From Lachnospiraceae bacterium (GTDB lineage: Bacteria > Bacillota > Clostridia > Lachnospirales > Lachnospiraceae): 64,000 nucleotides of DNA. A model generated the notes under the pieces. The model did not search any database. It saw nothing but the letters and a program-made list of their open reading frames with translations, and was not told the DNA's origin. The stretch lies in the NCBI GenBank assembly GCA_031554725.1, contig JAVBUZ010000058.1:410-64409 (forward strand), given 5' to 3'. Each line of letters opens with the position of its first letter. Within the stretch, counting starts at the first letter, position 1. Made by a program: the position numbers and the translations under genes. Below are positions 28,469 to 38,278 of the stretch, piece after piece.

Positions 28469-30229
28469 ATGAAAGGTATTAAATTACGCGTGGCTTTACT
28501 CGCGGTGATGGTACTGTTTGCTGTGGGGGCATTCAGTGCTTGTGGAACAGAAAAAACAAAAGATGGTCATGCAATGAGTCCCAAATTAACATCGGTAGAG
28601 CTTGTTAATTTAATGGGAAATGGAACAAACTTAGGAAATACCATGGAAGCTTACGGAAGAGCAAGTGCAGGTGTTGGTGCAGAGACTTCCGTTTATGAAA
28701 CCGCTTGGGGACAACCAATAACAACACAAGAAATTATTTGTGGTTTAAAAGACGCTGGATTTGATTCACTCAGAATCCCTGTGGCTTGGACCAATGCAAT
28801 TAATTTTGAGAGTGGCGACTATACTATCGGGGAGGATTACCTTGACCGTGTTGAAGAAATTATTAACTATGCATTAAATGAGGACATGTATGTAATCATC
28901 AACGACCATTGGGATGGTGGCTGGTGGGGCAAGTTTGGTTCTGCTAGTGAAGAAACAAGAAAGATGGCAATGGATTTGTATGTTTCGATGTGGAAGCAAA
29001 TCGCTGAAAGATATAAAGATTATTCTGATTATCTGATTTTTGAATCAGCGAATGAAGAGCTTGGAAATCGTTTAAATGCATTAGACTTAGCACCAGATTC
29101 AGGAACTCTTTCTACGGATGAATGTTATGTAATGACAAACAAAATAAATCAAGCCTTTGTAGATACGGTGCGTGCTACAGGGGGGAACAATAAGCAACGT
29201 TTTCTTCTGATTGCAGGATATGGCACAGATATTGAAGCGACATGTGATGCGCGTTTTGTTATGCCAACAGATAAGGTAAAAGATAAGCTACTTATCTCCG
29301 TACACTATTACAACCCATTTGGCTATTGTGGAAGTGCTAGCCTTTCCTCTTGGGGATCAGAAAGAAACTATACAGATCAAAATACTCTTTTGGCGATGAT
29401 GGATAAATTTACCCAGCAGGGCTATGGTGTTGTGTTTGGTGAATATTCCGTGGCATTAAATGAAGATGGGACTGTAAAAGATAATACCTGTGACTTTTTG
29501 ACAAACTTTTTAGACAACTGTGATTATTATGGATATTGTCCAATGTTTTGGGATTGCAGTAGCCACTATATAAGAAGAGACTTAAAATTCTTGGATCAAA
29601 AGGTTGGAGATGTTTTTGCAAGTCGTAGCTATAATGCACAGTCTTCCATGACGGCGGAAGAGGTTAGGGAAGCGGCAAAGCTTTCTATGGATACAATTCT
29701 TAGTGAAGTGGCAAGTAGAGAAGAAGCAGCAAAGCTAGGCGACGATGAATCGGTTGCTTGGATTATGTATAATAGTAGTGATTGGAATACCATTTATAGC
29801 GTCGGTGATATTTACGATCCAACAGGAAAAACAGATGGAATTGTAGCCACAGACGTTGAAGTGACAGGTGAAGGTACATATACGGTAGCTCTTGATTTTA
29901 CAGGAACAGCTGCAGGCTATGCAAATAGTGTAGTATTTGCTGCCATTGGTATTGCAAATGGCGAACAGCTTTTTCCAGGATATCTAATTAACATAACAGA
30001 AGTGTTGGTTAATGGCGAAAAGATAACTTTAACAGGGAAACCGTATACAACAACTGATGATGGCAAGTGTACCAGACTTAACTTGTTTAATGAATGGGTT
30101 ACATCAACACCAGATGAAGCGCGTGCGGCTGGCGGTACCAATTATGCATCTTCAGTTCTTTTAGACAAGGATACGCTAGGCAATGTTAAAACAATTTCTG
30201 TTACCTTTAGATATGCGCCAGGAAATTAA
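28469..30229 (+). CDS. GH5-family glycoside hydrolase lipoprotein with a C-terminal beta-rich domain
   Basis: Lipobox FSACG. NLGNTMEA, SLRIPVAW, FESANEE (acid/base Glu) and VVFGEYSV (nucleophile Glu). The ATG at 28469 lies behind GGAGGA; the listed GTG at 28451 is less likely. Confidence 0.8.
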   Translation: MKGIKLRVALLAVMVLFAVGAFSACGTEKTKDGHAMSPKLTSVELVNLMGNGTNLGNTMEAYGRASAGVGAETSVYETAWGQPITTQEIICGLKDAGFDSLRIPVAWTNAINFESGDYTIGEDYLDRVEEIINYALNEDMYVIINDHWDGGWWGKFGSASEETRKMAMDLYVSMWKQIAERYKDYSDYLIFESANEELGNRLNALDLAPDSGTLSTDECYVMTNKINQAFVDTVRATGGNNKQRFLLIAGYGTDIEATCDARFVMPTDKVKDKLLISVHYYNPFGYCGSASLSSWGSERNYTDQNTLLAMMDKFTQQGYGVVFGEYSVALNEDGTVKDNTCDFLTNFLDNCDYYGYCPMFWDCSSHYIRRDLKFLDQKVGDVFASRSYNAQSSMTAEEVREAAKLSMDTILSEVASREEAAKLGDDESVAWIMYNSSDWNTIYSVGDIYDPTGKTDGIVATDVEVTGEGTYTVALDFTGTAAGYANSVVFAAIGIANGEQLFPGYLINITEVLVNGEKITLTGKPYTTTDDGKCTRLNLFNEWVTSTPDEARAAGGTNYASSVLLDKDTLGNVKTISVTFRYAPGN

Positions 30230-30259
30230 ATCATTTATGGCACGAAAGGAATAAATATA

Positions 30260-31822
30260 GTGAAGGCAAAACTTTTCTCCAAAAGAACATTATTTACACT
30301 GTGTTTTATTATGGTAAATGTAATTGAACTATTGTATGCAAGTGCAAGAGGGGATATATGGCATGTAGCAATAAACTGCATGGGACTTGTCATGATGGTA
30401 ATTGTGATGAGTGCATATTCGCTGAAAGACTTTTGCAATATTTCGAGTTATGTTTATACCGGTGTATGTGCTGCTGCATTAGTTGCGGTTTATGTTTATT
30501 GGAGACAGCATGCTGGGGTATATTTATTATGGCAGATCGAAACAGCGGTTTTAAATGTCTGGTGGATAGGCCTTGTTTTAAAACATCTATTTAAAAAGAT
30601 AATTATTGAAAAAAGTATTTCCTTTAAACCCAATCTTTTAGGATGGCTTTGGATTGCTCTAAGTGTTCTTATGATTTGCTCGGTAAGTGGCAGAGTTTGG
30701 CCATTATGGTATTTGCTTATGTTTGGTTGTTTTTATCTAACAAAGTATACGGACGAGGATAAGAAGGCACTTTGGGATGGCATGATTTATGGAACAATTA
30801 TTTCGTTTTTTGGAATCCAGATATATGCATATGGTTTTAGGCCATACGATGAGGTAAGGTATAAGGGTGCTTTTTCAAATTGTAATATGATGGCGCTATA
30901 CTATTTGATTGTATACGCGATGATACTCTTTAAGCTACATCTACTGGAGCGAGAGAAGGCTAAAAAGGGATGGAAGTTATTCTATCTGATTGGCGCAGGC
31001 GGACTCTTGTCCTTTCAGTTTTTAACGATGGGGCGTACTGCATGGATAACATCCATTGCAATAACCTTTTTATATGGAATTTTAGTAATTAGAAAGATTT
31101 GGAAAAAGAAATGGACTCAGGTAGTTGCAAGAGGAGTTGCACTGGTACTGACTATGATGATGACCTTTCCAATAGTCTTTGCTACCGTAAGGTGGCTACC
31201 AACCATCCTCCATCGTCCAATATGGTATGTAAATGAAGGATATAGCGAAGATAAGGTACATTCCTTTGATCCTGCCAATTCGTGGAAATATGTAGAGATG
31301 GATGAATTTTTATATGAAGTATTTGGACGTATCTATGGAACGCTGAGACAGGTTGGAAGTAATAACCCTCTTGTAATCCAGACAAGAGCCATGGAAAGGG
31401 TTGACCTAGTGGAGCTTCCGTGGACAGAAGATCAAGGCTTGGTATACCGATTTACAATCTATAAAGCTTACTGGGATGATTTGACTTTTGTAGGCAACCC
31501 ACAAGGCTCAGGAATGTATCTGCTGGGCGAAGGGGGCTTTCATTCTTGGCATGCGCAGAATTTATGGTTACAAATTGCATATTCCTTTGGAATACCAGCA
31601 GGAGTAGTCTTTGTTGTACTTTCGATGGTAATGTTAGGCTCTAATTATAAAGTTCTTAACAAGAACCAAGAAAACGAATATTCGATTATCCCATTTTTTA
31701 TAGGTTGCATTTTTTTATTATTTGGAACAATGGAAGTGGTGTGGAACCCGGGGCAATTAATTATGTTTTTACTTTTCTTTGTCCAACACCCGAAGTTAAC
31801 AATGAGGAATGTAGATGAATAG
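30260..31822 (+). CDS. O-antigen ligase / Wzy_C-like polytopic membrane protein
   Basis: More than 10 TM helices. The LTMGRTAWITSIAITFLYG segment, followed by a large external loop, is typical of the O-antigen ligase/polymerase family. Confidence 0.6.
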   Translation: MKAKLFSKRTLFTLCFIMVNVIELLYASARGDIWHVAINCMGLVMMVIVMSAYSLKDFCNISSYVYTGVCAAALVAVYVYWRQHAGVYLLWQIETAVLNVWWIGLVLKHLFKKIIIEKSISFKPNLLGWLWIALSVLMICSVSGRVWPLWYLLMFGCFYLTKYTDEDKKALWDGMIYGTIISFFGIQIYAYGFRPYDEVRYKGAFSNCNMMALYYLIVYAMILFKLHLLEREKAKKGWKLFYLIGAGGLLSFQFLTMGRTAWITSIAITFLYGILVIRKIWKKKWTQVVARGVALVLTMMMTFPIVFATVRWLPTILHRPIWYVNEGYSEDKVHSFDPANSWKYVEMDEFLYEVFGRIYGTLRQVGSNNPLVIQTRAMERVDLVELPWTEDQGLVYRFTIYKAYWDDLTFVGNPQGSGMYLLGEGGFHSWHAQNLWLQIAYSFGIPAGVVFVVLSMVMLGSNYKVLNKNQENEYSIIPFFIGCIFLLFGTMEVVWNPGQLIMFLLFFVQHPKLTMRNVDE

Positions 31823-32936
31823 AAGAGAAGACAAGATATTATGGATAATGACATGGGTACTGACAGGAATAACACTCTTGATGATGTATTTGACTCATAG
31901 AGCGGTCCCTTTTATGATGGATGATTTATGGTACTTAACAAAACTTTCTTCAGAAATGCCCATTTCCTCATTAAGTGATATTTGGGAAAGCCAAGTGTGG
32001 CATTATTTTAATTGGGGAGGAAGAAGCATTACCCATTCGATACTTCAGGTGATTTTGCTGGCAGGAGAGCGGGTTGCGGATGTATTAAATATAGTAGCCA
32101 CCTTACTATTAGCATGGCTTATGTGTGTTATGGCAGGAGAAAAAAAGCTATTTTCTTTTTTTGCCGCACTGGGCATGCTATTAGGCTTAAATGCAAATTG
32201 GAAGATGAGTATGTTTTGGCAAGCAGGAGCGGCTAATTATTTATATATTACTGTTTTTGTGTTGCTATTTTTATACTGTTATCTTCGAGAAGATGACAAC
32301 AATAAAGGGTTGCCTGGTATTACCTTTTGGATTGTTCCTTTGGGAGTTATTGCTGGATGGAGCAATGAAAATATGGGACCCGCAATATGGGTTATCAGCT
32401 TGCTAATTATTTTGCTGGCAAAAAAGGACCAAAAGAAAATAAAGCCTTGGATGATCTTAGGTAATTTAGCATCTCTTGTGGGAAGCGTATTGATGATTCT
32501 CGCCCCTGGTAATTTTGTCAGGGGGGCACGAGTTGCATCTAATGAATTTGGAACCTTATGGAAGCTTTTCTTACATTGCTATGCAGAGAGTAAGGCGGCT
32601 TTAGAATATCTATTTCCAACATTACTTGTTTTAGCTTGTTTACTTGTTATAAGCAAAGGGATTTTGAAAGTGAACATCACAAGAAAGAATATATTGCTAC
32701 TTTTATGCGCGCTTTTATCGTGGGGGGCAATGGTATTATCGCCTCATTATCCGGATAGAGCAACCTTTGGGACAATGGTGCTGCTGATATGCGTTATTCT
32801 ATCCCTCATAAAGGATATTGTCCGTGAAAGAAAAGACGTAGCAATGATGATGTGGGGAATATCAGCCCTTATATGGTTAAGAGGAATGTTTTTCCTAGGT
32901 GAATTTTTGAGTATTTCATGGGGATGGATTAAGTAA
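31815..32936 (+). CDS. Polytopic membrane protein, GT-C-like candidate
   Basis: TM1 is followed at once by AVPFMMDDLWY and FNWGGRS. About 10 TM helices. It overlaps the upstream gene by 8 nt. Confidence 0.5.
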   Translation: MNRREDKILWIMTWVLTGITLLMMYLTHRAVPFMMDDLWYLTKLSSEMPISSLSDIWESQVWHYFNWGGRSITHSILQVILLAGERVADVLNIVATLLLAWLMCVMAGEKKLFSFFAALGMLLGLNANWKMSMFWQAGAANYLYITVFVLLFLYCYLREDDNNKGLPGITFWIVPLGVIAGWSNENMGPAIWVISLLIILLAKKDQKKIKPWMILGNLASLVGSVLMILAPGNFVRGARVASNEFGTLWKLFLHCYAESKAALEYLFPTLLVLACLLVISKGILKVNITRKNILLLLCALLSWGAMVLSPHYPDRATFGTMVLLICVILSLIKDIVRERKDVAMMMWGISALIWLRGMFFLGEFLSISWGWIK

Positions 32937-32940
32937 CAAA

Positions 32941-34818
32941 TTGGTCGAGGTGGACAAGTTGGAAAAAATGAAAAAGTTGTATAGTATGAATAGACAAATG
33001 ATTAAAAATACGATGCTAGTAATTGAGGCCTTGCTCGGTGTTTATGGGATAAATTATCTATACTCACTAGTGAGTGGAACAGCACTTTCAAATAGTGTTT
33101 TTTCCGTGATGGTATTCGCTATGATTTTAGCATCACTCTTCTATGCAGAAAAAAGCTTGGAAAAAATAACGGATAAGAAAGATAAAAAAAGGAGAATTTG
33201 CTATAGTATCGGACTGGCATTTTTGTTTTCGCTAATGATGGTATTTGGTTATCAGCTAAGAGCCTATGGCATGACAGAGTGCGGAGTTAGAGGAAAAGGG
33301 CTGATTCTAATTAGGTCTTTGTGTATAGCTTTCGCCGTGTTTCCGTTTTCTAATTTCTTTTTTGTGATTTTGGAAAAAGTAAAGAACAAAAGTTTTGAAG
33401 ACGTGGAGCAAAAGAAATTCTGGAAGGGTAAACATATATTTTTTGTTAGCTGGATACTGATTTTTGTTAGCTGGATACCTGTGTTTTTGGCGTATTATCC
33501 AGCAGTTATGGGCTTTGATTTTCATCGCCAGTCTCAAGAAGCGATGAAGGGATTTATTTGGTTTAATAGCCATCATCCCTTAATTCATACTTGGCTTATT
33601 TGGTTGTTTTTACATGTAGGAGAGGCAGTAGGTTCCTATGAGGTAGGAATGGCATGCTACAGTATTTTTCAGATGCTAGTTTTAGCTTCGGCCTTGGCAT
33701 ATTCTTGTGCCATGATTTATCGGATTGCAAAGAAAAAATGGCCGTTAGTAGTTTCTATCATATTCTACGGTTTTTTTCCCTATAATTCGATTTTAGCAGT
33801 GGGAGTGACCAAGGATGTTTTATTTAGTGCATTGCTTTTAGTGTTTGTTTTATTGCTGATGGAAAGAACCTTTTTTTGTCAGGGAAGAAAAAAGCTGATT
33901 ATTGATATCTTGTTAGTGCTGGAAGGTATCCTAATGATTCTTTTCAGAAATAATGCCTTATATGCGGTTCTTTTATTTGGAATTATTTTTGTGATTTGCG
34001 CTGAGAAAAAGGAAAAAGTTAGAGTATTAGTCATGTGCCTTTTATTGGTGATTGGAGGAAAGCTGGCATTTGAAGGAATGCAGCTTGTCATTGGAACCGA
34101 AGGCAGAGGAAGCGACAGCGAAAAGTATAGTGTCTTAATTCAGCAGTTTGCTCGCGTAGGCTACTATCATGGAGAGGATATGCCGAAGGAGGACAAGGAG
34201 CTTCTTAATAAATATGTTTCTGAGGAATATTGGAAAAAGTATTATCCACCGTTAGCGGATTCAGTAAAAATATTTGTTGCAATTGACAACTATTCCGAAA
34301 ACTGGAAGGGTCAGATGCCAGAGGTATTAGGCTCATGGATAAAATTGGGATTGAAATATCCAAATGAATATATTGATGCGTTTTTATGCCTCACAAGTGG
34401 CTATTGGTTTTTAGATGATGTCTCTTATGCAGAGGTTTTTGGCTATGGGATAGATGGAAGAATGGGTGCTTTACCAACCTTTAATTCTACAGAGTCAGAT
34501 GTTCTTGATGGAATAGAGCATATTTCAAAAATGCCTAAGCTAGAGGCAGCTTTAGAAGAAATTACAAGTGCGAATTCATATTATAATTGGCCGGTTCTTT
34601 CTAATTTCTTTAAAACGTCTTTTTATTGTTGGGTACTGCTCTTAATATTTATTGGCTTACTTTATATAAAAGAAAAGAAAAAGTGTCTTATGACAATATT
34701 ACCGTTGACGTACTTGCTTACCATGTTTTTAGGACCTGTGGTTCAAGTAAGATATGTATTCGCAATTATTATATTAGTTCCTATGTTTTTGGTGATGTTA
34801 GTTTATCAAAAGGAATAA
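32941..34818 (+). CDS. Large polytopic membrane protein (625 aa), unknown family
   Basis: About 12 TM helices and a soluble loop of about 150 aa (residues about 390-540). TTG start; the ATG at 32968 is an alternative. Confidence 0.5.
   Translation: MVEVDKLEKMKKLYSMNRQMIKNTMLVIEALLGVYGINYLYSLVSGTALSNSVFSVMVFAMILASLFYAEKSLEKITDKKDKKRRICYSIGLAFLFSLMMVFGYQLRAYGMTECGVRGKGLILIRSLCIAFAVFPFSNFFFVILEKVKNKSFEDVEQKKFWKGKHIFFVSWILIFVSWIPVFLAYYPAVMGFDFHRQSQEAMKGFIWFNSHHPLIHTWLIWLFLHVGEAVGSYEVGMACYSIFQMLVLASALAYSCAMIYRIAKKKWPLVVSIIFYGFFPYNSILAVGVTKDVLFSALLLVFVLLLMERTFFCQGRKKLIIDILLVLEGILMILFRNNALYAVLLFGIIFVICAEKKEKVRVLVMCLLLVIGGKLAFEGMQLVIGTEGRGSDSEKYSVLIQQFARVGYYHGEDMPKEDKELLNKYVSEEYWKKYYPPLADSVKIFVAIDNYSENWKGQMPEVLGSWIKLGLKYPNEYIDAFLCLTSGYWFLDDVSYAEVFGYGIDGRMGALPTFNSTESDVLDGIEHISKMPKLEAALEEITSANSYYNWPVLSNFFKTSFYCWVLLLIFIGLLYIKEKKKCLMTILPLTYLLTMFLGPVVQVRYVFAIIILVPMFLVMLVYQKE
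33440..33481 (+). repeat. In-frame 21-bp tandem duplication (FVSWI x2) inside a TM segment
   Basis: tttttgttagctggatac occurs at 33440-33457 and again at 33461-33478, 18 of 18 identical with a 21-nt period. Confidence 0.9.
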
Positions 34819-34862
34819 GAACATAGTACAAATGATAAAGAGCTTTATGGGGGAAATATAGC

Positions 34863-36437
34863 TTGATGAAAATGATGGAAATATTTGAGAAGGTGTCTGT
34901 TAAATTTGTTTTATTATTTATAATGTTTATTGGATTAATATTTGCATATTGGGCAGGAGTTTATACTCACAACTATCCAATGGATTATTGCGTTGAGAAA
35001 ATGGATGGAAATCCAGATTCGATTATTCGAAATATCCTTGCGTTGTGTGTTGCGCTACTAAGAATGTTTTGCCTACAAAAGTTTTTTTTAAAGGACAGCT
35101 TTGAAGAAAATGAAAAGCTTTTAAGAAGTCTTTTCTTGGTAGAATGCATAGTTATAGGCTGCTTACTTTTGCTATGGATTGCCTACAGTCATACGGATCT
35201 TCAGGCAGATCAGATTCAGGTTTATTGGGCAGCAAATAGCTTTTTAAATGGTGACTATTCGGATATGTTACCTGGGCACTATACCAATATCTATCCACAT
35301 CAATATGGACTAACTTTTTTGTATGAAATTATTTTTTCGCTTACCTTTTCTAGAAGCTATAAGATAATACAAATAATTAATGTGGTATGCATAGTTTTGA
35401 TTATTTATTATGGTGACAAGCTGGTAAAAGAAATTTTTGCGAATCAAACGATAGAGTTTTACTATCTGCTTTTGTTACCGGCGTTTCTGCCATTATATCT
35501 TTATTCCACCTTTGTGTATGGTGATATTTTTGCAACGGCAGCCAGTGTGATCTGTAGCTTTTTGGTTATACGCTGGTGCAAGGAAGAAAAAAAGAAGTCT
35601 GCTTTAGGAATAATCATATGGATGACTTTAGCAGTAACAGCAAGAAGAAATACCTGGGTTATTGTTATTGCTATTATAATGGTACTCGTCATACATGCGA
35701 TAAAAGAAAAAAGGTGGAAATCTGCCCTGGTGGCATTTTTATTAGTGACAATACCGTTTTTATGCATGAGCTTGATTGAGGTCTCTTATGAAAAACGTTC
35801 TGGTATGGAAATAGGTGAGGGTATTCCTTCCATTATGTGGATTGCAATGGGAATGCAGGATACTTGGAATGGACCAGGATTTTATAATGGTTACAGTAAT
35901 ATTGTGTACACTTGGGATGCTAATATGGATTCTCGGGTATGTAGTGAGATAGGAAAAGAGTACATAAAGGAAAGAGCCAAAGAATTTTCTGAGGATTTGG
36001 GATATGCAAAAAGATTTTTTTGCAATAAGCTACTCTATCAATGGAATGATCATACCTTTAGTAGCTTTATCTTAACAAAATATTTTGATGAAGAACCAAC
36101 CGGCTTTGTATATAATGTTTACTATGGGAAGCTACATCTTGCTATAATTGAATTTATGCAAAGATATATTTTTGTGTTATATTTAGGGATGGCGGCAGGT
36201 GCTTTTTATCTGCTATGCCGAAAAACAGACCTATACGTATGCCTGCCTCTAATTGGAATTATTGGCGGCGTGCTGTTTAGTATATTATGGGAGGCCAAAG
36301 GCAGATATGTTTTATCCTATGTGGTACTCATAATTCCGTATGCGGCAGCGGGAATATATGGGGTACAATGGGCAGCGCAAAAAGTGAAAACTAAGTGGAG
36401 AAAAGCCATTGAAGGGAAAAAGAAAAATCTGGAATAA
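34863..36437 (+). CDS. Polytopic membrane protein, GT-C (PMT_2/ArnT-like) candidate
   Basis: About 12 TM helices, with ADQIQVYWAANSFLNGDY and YPHQYGL segments resembling the ArnT/PMT N-terminal region. Confidence 0.5.
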   Translation: MMKMMEIFEKVSVKFVLLFIMFIGLIFAYWAGVYTHNYPMDYCVEKMDGNPDSIIRNILALCVALLRMFCLQKFFLKDSFEENEKLLRSLFLVECIVIGCLLLLWIAYSHTDLQADQIQVYWAANSFLNGDYSDMLPGHYTNIYPHQYGLTFLYEIIFSLTFSRSYKIIQIINVVCIVLIIYYGDKLVKEIFANQTIEFYYLLLLPAFLPLYLYSTFVYGDIFATAASVICSFLVIRWCKEEKKKSALGIIIWMTLAVTARRNTWVIVIAIIMVLVIHAIKEKRWKSALVAFLLVTIPFLCMSLIEVSYEKRSGMEIGEGIPSIMWIAMGMQDTWNGPGFYNGYSNIVYTWDANMDSRVCSEIGKEYIKERAKEFSEDLGYAKRFFCNKLLYQWNDHTFSSFILTKYFDEEPTGFVYNVYYGKLHLAIIEFMQRYIFVLYLGMAAGAFYLLCRKTDLYVCLPLIGIIGGVLFSILWEAKGRYVLSYVVLIIPYAAAGIYGVQWAAQKVKTKWRKAIEGKKKNLE

Positions 36438-37284
36438 AAATTATATATATTGGTTCATAGGTCTAGTGCTTTTGGCTGGCGTTGCTTATTGGATTTTTTC
36501 GCCAACAAGTAAGGGGGGAAAAGAGTATTCCATAGTAGTCCTAGGTGATAGTGTGATAGGAAATGTATGGTCTTATCCAAGTGTGACAGAGGTGATGGAG
36601 GAACGTTTGGAAACGTCTGTTTTTAATGGTGGATTGGGTGGAACAACTATGAACAATAGTAATCCATCAAGGCGACCTTCAAAAGTTGGGGCGAATATAT
36701 CTATGTATGAATTAGCGCAGGCAATATGTAACGGAGATTGGGGTGGTCAAAAAGCAGCCATCGCATATGCGGACAATTATCGTGAAACCAATACACAGGT
36801 GCTCAATTATTTTAAAGAACGGTTAGAAAATTTGTCTCAAATTTACTTTGACTCGGTGGAGATACTTATTATTGAGCACGGGACAAATGATTATAATAAA
36901 GGAACGCTGCTAGAGAATGCGAATGACCCCTATGATAGTCAGACCTTTGGCGGAGCGCTGAGAAGTAGCTTAAGACTTTTGCAAGAGTCTTACCCCCAGA
37001 TGAGAATTATACTTGTAACGCCAGCTTATTGCGAATTAGGTGAAAATGGAATTAATAAGTGCTATAATAAGGATTACGGCGGTGGAGTTATGGATGACTA
37101 TGTGAATCTAGAAAAGCAGATTGCACAGGAATTTAATATAGAGCTTATTGATGTATATCATGAATCAGGAATTTGGGAGGATACAGCAGAGCTTTATTTA
37201 GAAGATAGACTACATCCTAGTGTAGAAGGAAGGATTTTGTTAGGAAACTTTATTTCTGACTATATCCTTGAAAATAGCTATTAG
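36409..37284 (+). CDS. Membrane-anchored SGNH/GDSL hydrolase
   Basis: An N-terminal TM anchor is followed by all four SGNH blocks: VLGDSV (I), GGLGGTT (II), HGTNDYN (III) and DRLHPS (V). TTG start overlapping the upstream gene. Confidence 0.8.
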   Translation: MKGKRKIWNKNYIYWFIGLVLLAGVAYWIFSPTSKGGKEYSIVVLGDSVIGNVWSYPSVTEVMEERLETSVFNGGLGGTTMNNSNPSRRPSKVGANISMYELAQAICNGDWGGQKAAIAYADNYRETNTQVLNYFKERLENLSQIYFDSVEILIIEHGTNDYNKGTLLENANDPYDSQTFGGALRSSLRLLQESYPQMRIILVTPAYCELGENGINKCYNKDYGGGVMDDYVNLEKQIAQEFNIELIDVYHESGIWEDTAELYLEDRLHPSVEGRILLGNFISDYILENSY

Positions 37285-37309
37285 AAGAAATGCAAGAAAA
37301 GGAGAACAT

Positions 37310-38257
37310 ATGCCACTATTATCAATCATATTGCCTTCTTACAATGAAGAGCAAAATATAGCAAATACGGCGTCTGTTTTGTCGGATTTTCTGGAAAAAG
37401 AAAAGATAGAATATGAGCTTATATTTATAAGTGATGGCTCTAAAGACAATACTTATAGTGAAATACTAGCAGCAGCAGAGAAAAACGCTTGCGTTAAGGG
37501 TGCGCAGTTTAGTAGAAATTTTGGAAAAGAAGCAAGTATTTTTGCAGGCTTGCAATTGGCATGCGGGGATGCATGTATTGTAATGGATTGCGATCTTCAA
37601 CATCCGCCAGGGGTGATTCCAAGGATGTGGGAACTATGGAAGGAAGGATACGAAGTAGTAGAGGGCATCAAGTCCAGCAGAGGAAAAGAAAGTCTAGGCT
37701 ATAAGCTTTCAGCAGGACTTTTCTATAAGATTATGAGTAAATTAATGAAAATGGATATGAATGCCTCTTCGGATTATAAGCTTTTAGATAGAAAGGTGGT
37801 CGATGTTCTTCTAGGGCTTACTGAAAAGAACACGTTTTTTAGAGCCCTTACTTTTTGGGCGGGTTTTAAAACCACAGCAGTAGAATATGAAGTGCAGGAA
37901 CGAAAATATGGGCAAAGCAAGTGGTCTGTGTTTAGCTTGATGAAATATGCAATTTCCAATGCAACATCTTTTAGCACTTTGCCACTACAGCTAATAACAG
38001 TTATGGGAATGATTTCTATACTTTTTAGCGGAATATTAGCAATACAGACGTTTATTAAATACTTAATGGGAACTGCGGTAGAAGGATTTACTACAGTTAT
38101 TTTGTTGATTTTGATTATTGGCGGATTTATAATGCTAAGCTTAGGAATTATTGGGCATTATATTGCAAGAATATATGAGGAAGTAAAGGGTAGACCTAAG
38201 TATATTATTAGTGCTGTGACTGAAAATGTTCAAGGAAACATTAAAGGAAAGGCCTAA
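37310..38257 (+). CDS. GtrB-like polyprenyl-phosphate glycosyltransferase (GT2), copy 2
   Basis: LSIILPSYNEE, SDGSKDNT, SRNFGKEAS and MDCDLQHPP, plus two C-terminal TM helices and KGRPKYII. The ATG at 37310 lies 5 nt after GGAG. Confidence 0.8.
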   Translation: MPLLSIILPSYNEEQNIANTASVLSDFLEKEKIEYELIFISDGSKDNTYSEILAAAEKNACVKGAQFSRNFGKEASIFAGLQLACGDACIVMDCDLQHPPGVIPRMWELWKEGYEVVEGIKSSRGKESLGYKLSAGLFYKIMSKLMKMDMNASSDYKLLDRKVVDVLLGLTEKNTFFRALTFWAGFKTTAVEYEVQERKYGQSKWSVFSLMKYAISNATSFSTLPLQLITVMGMISILFSGILAIQTFIKYLMGTAVEGFTTVILLILIIGGFIMLSLGIIGHYIARIYEEVKGRPKYIISAVTENVQGNIKGKA

Positions 38258-38278
38258 AGAATATCTGAAAGGAGCACC

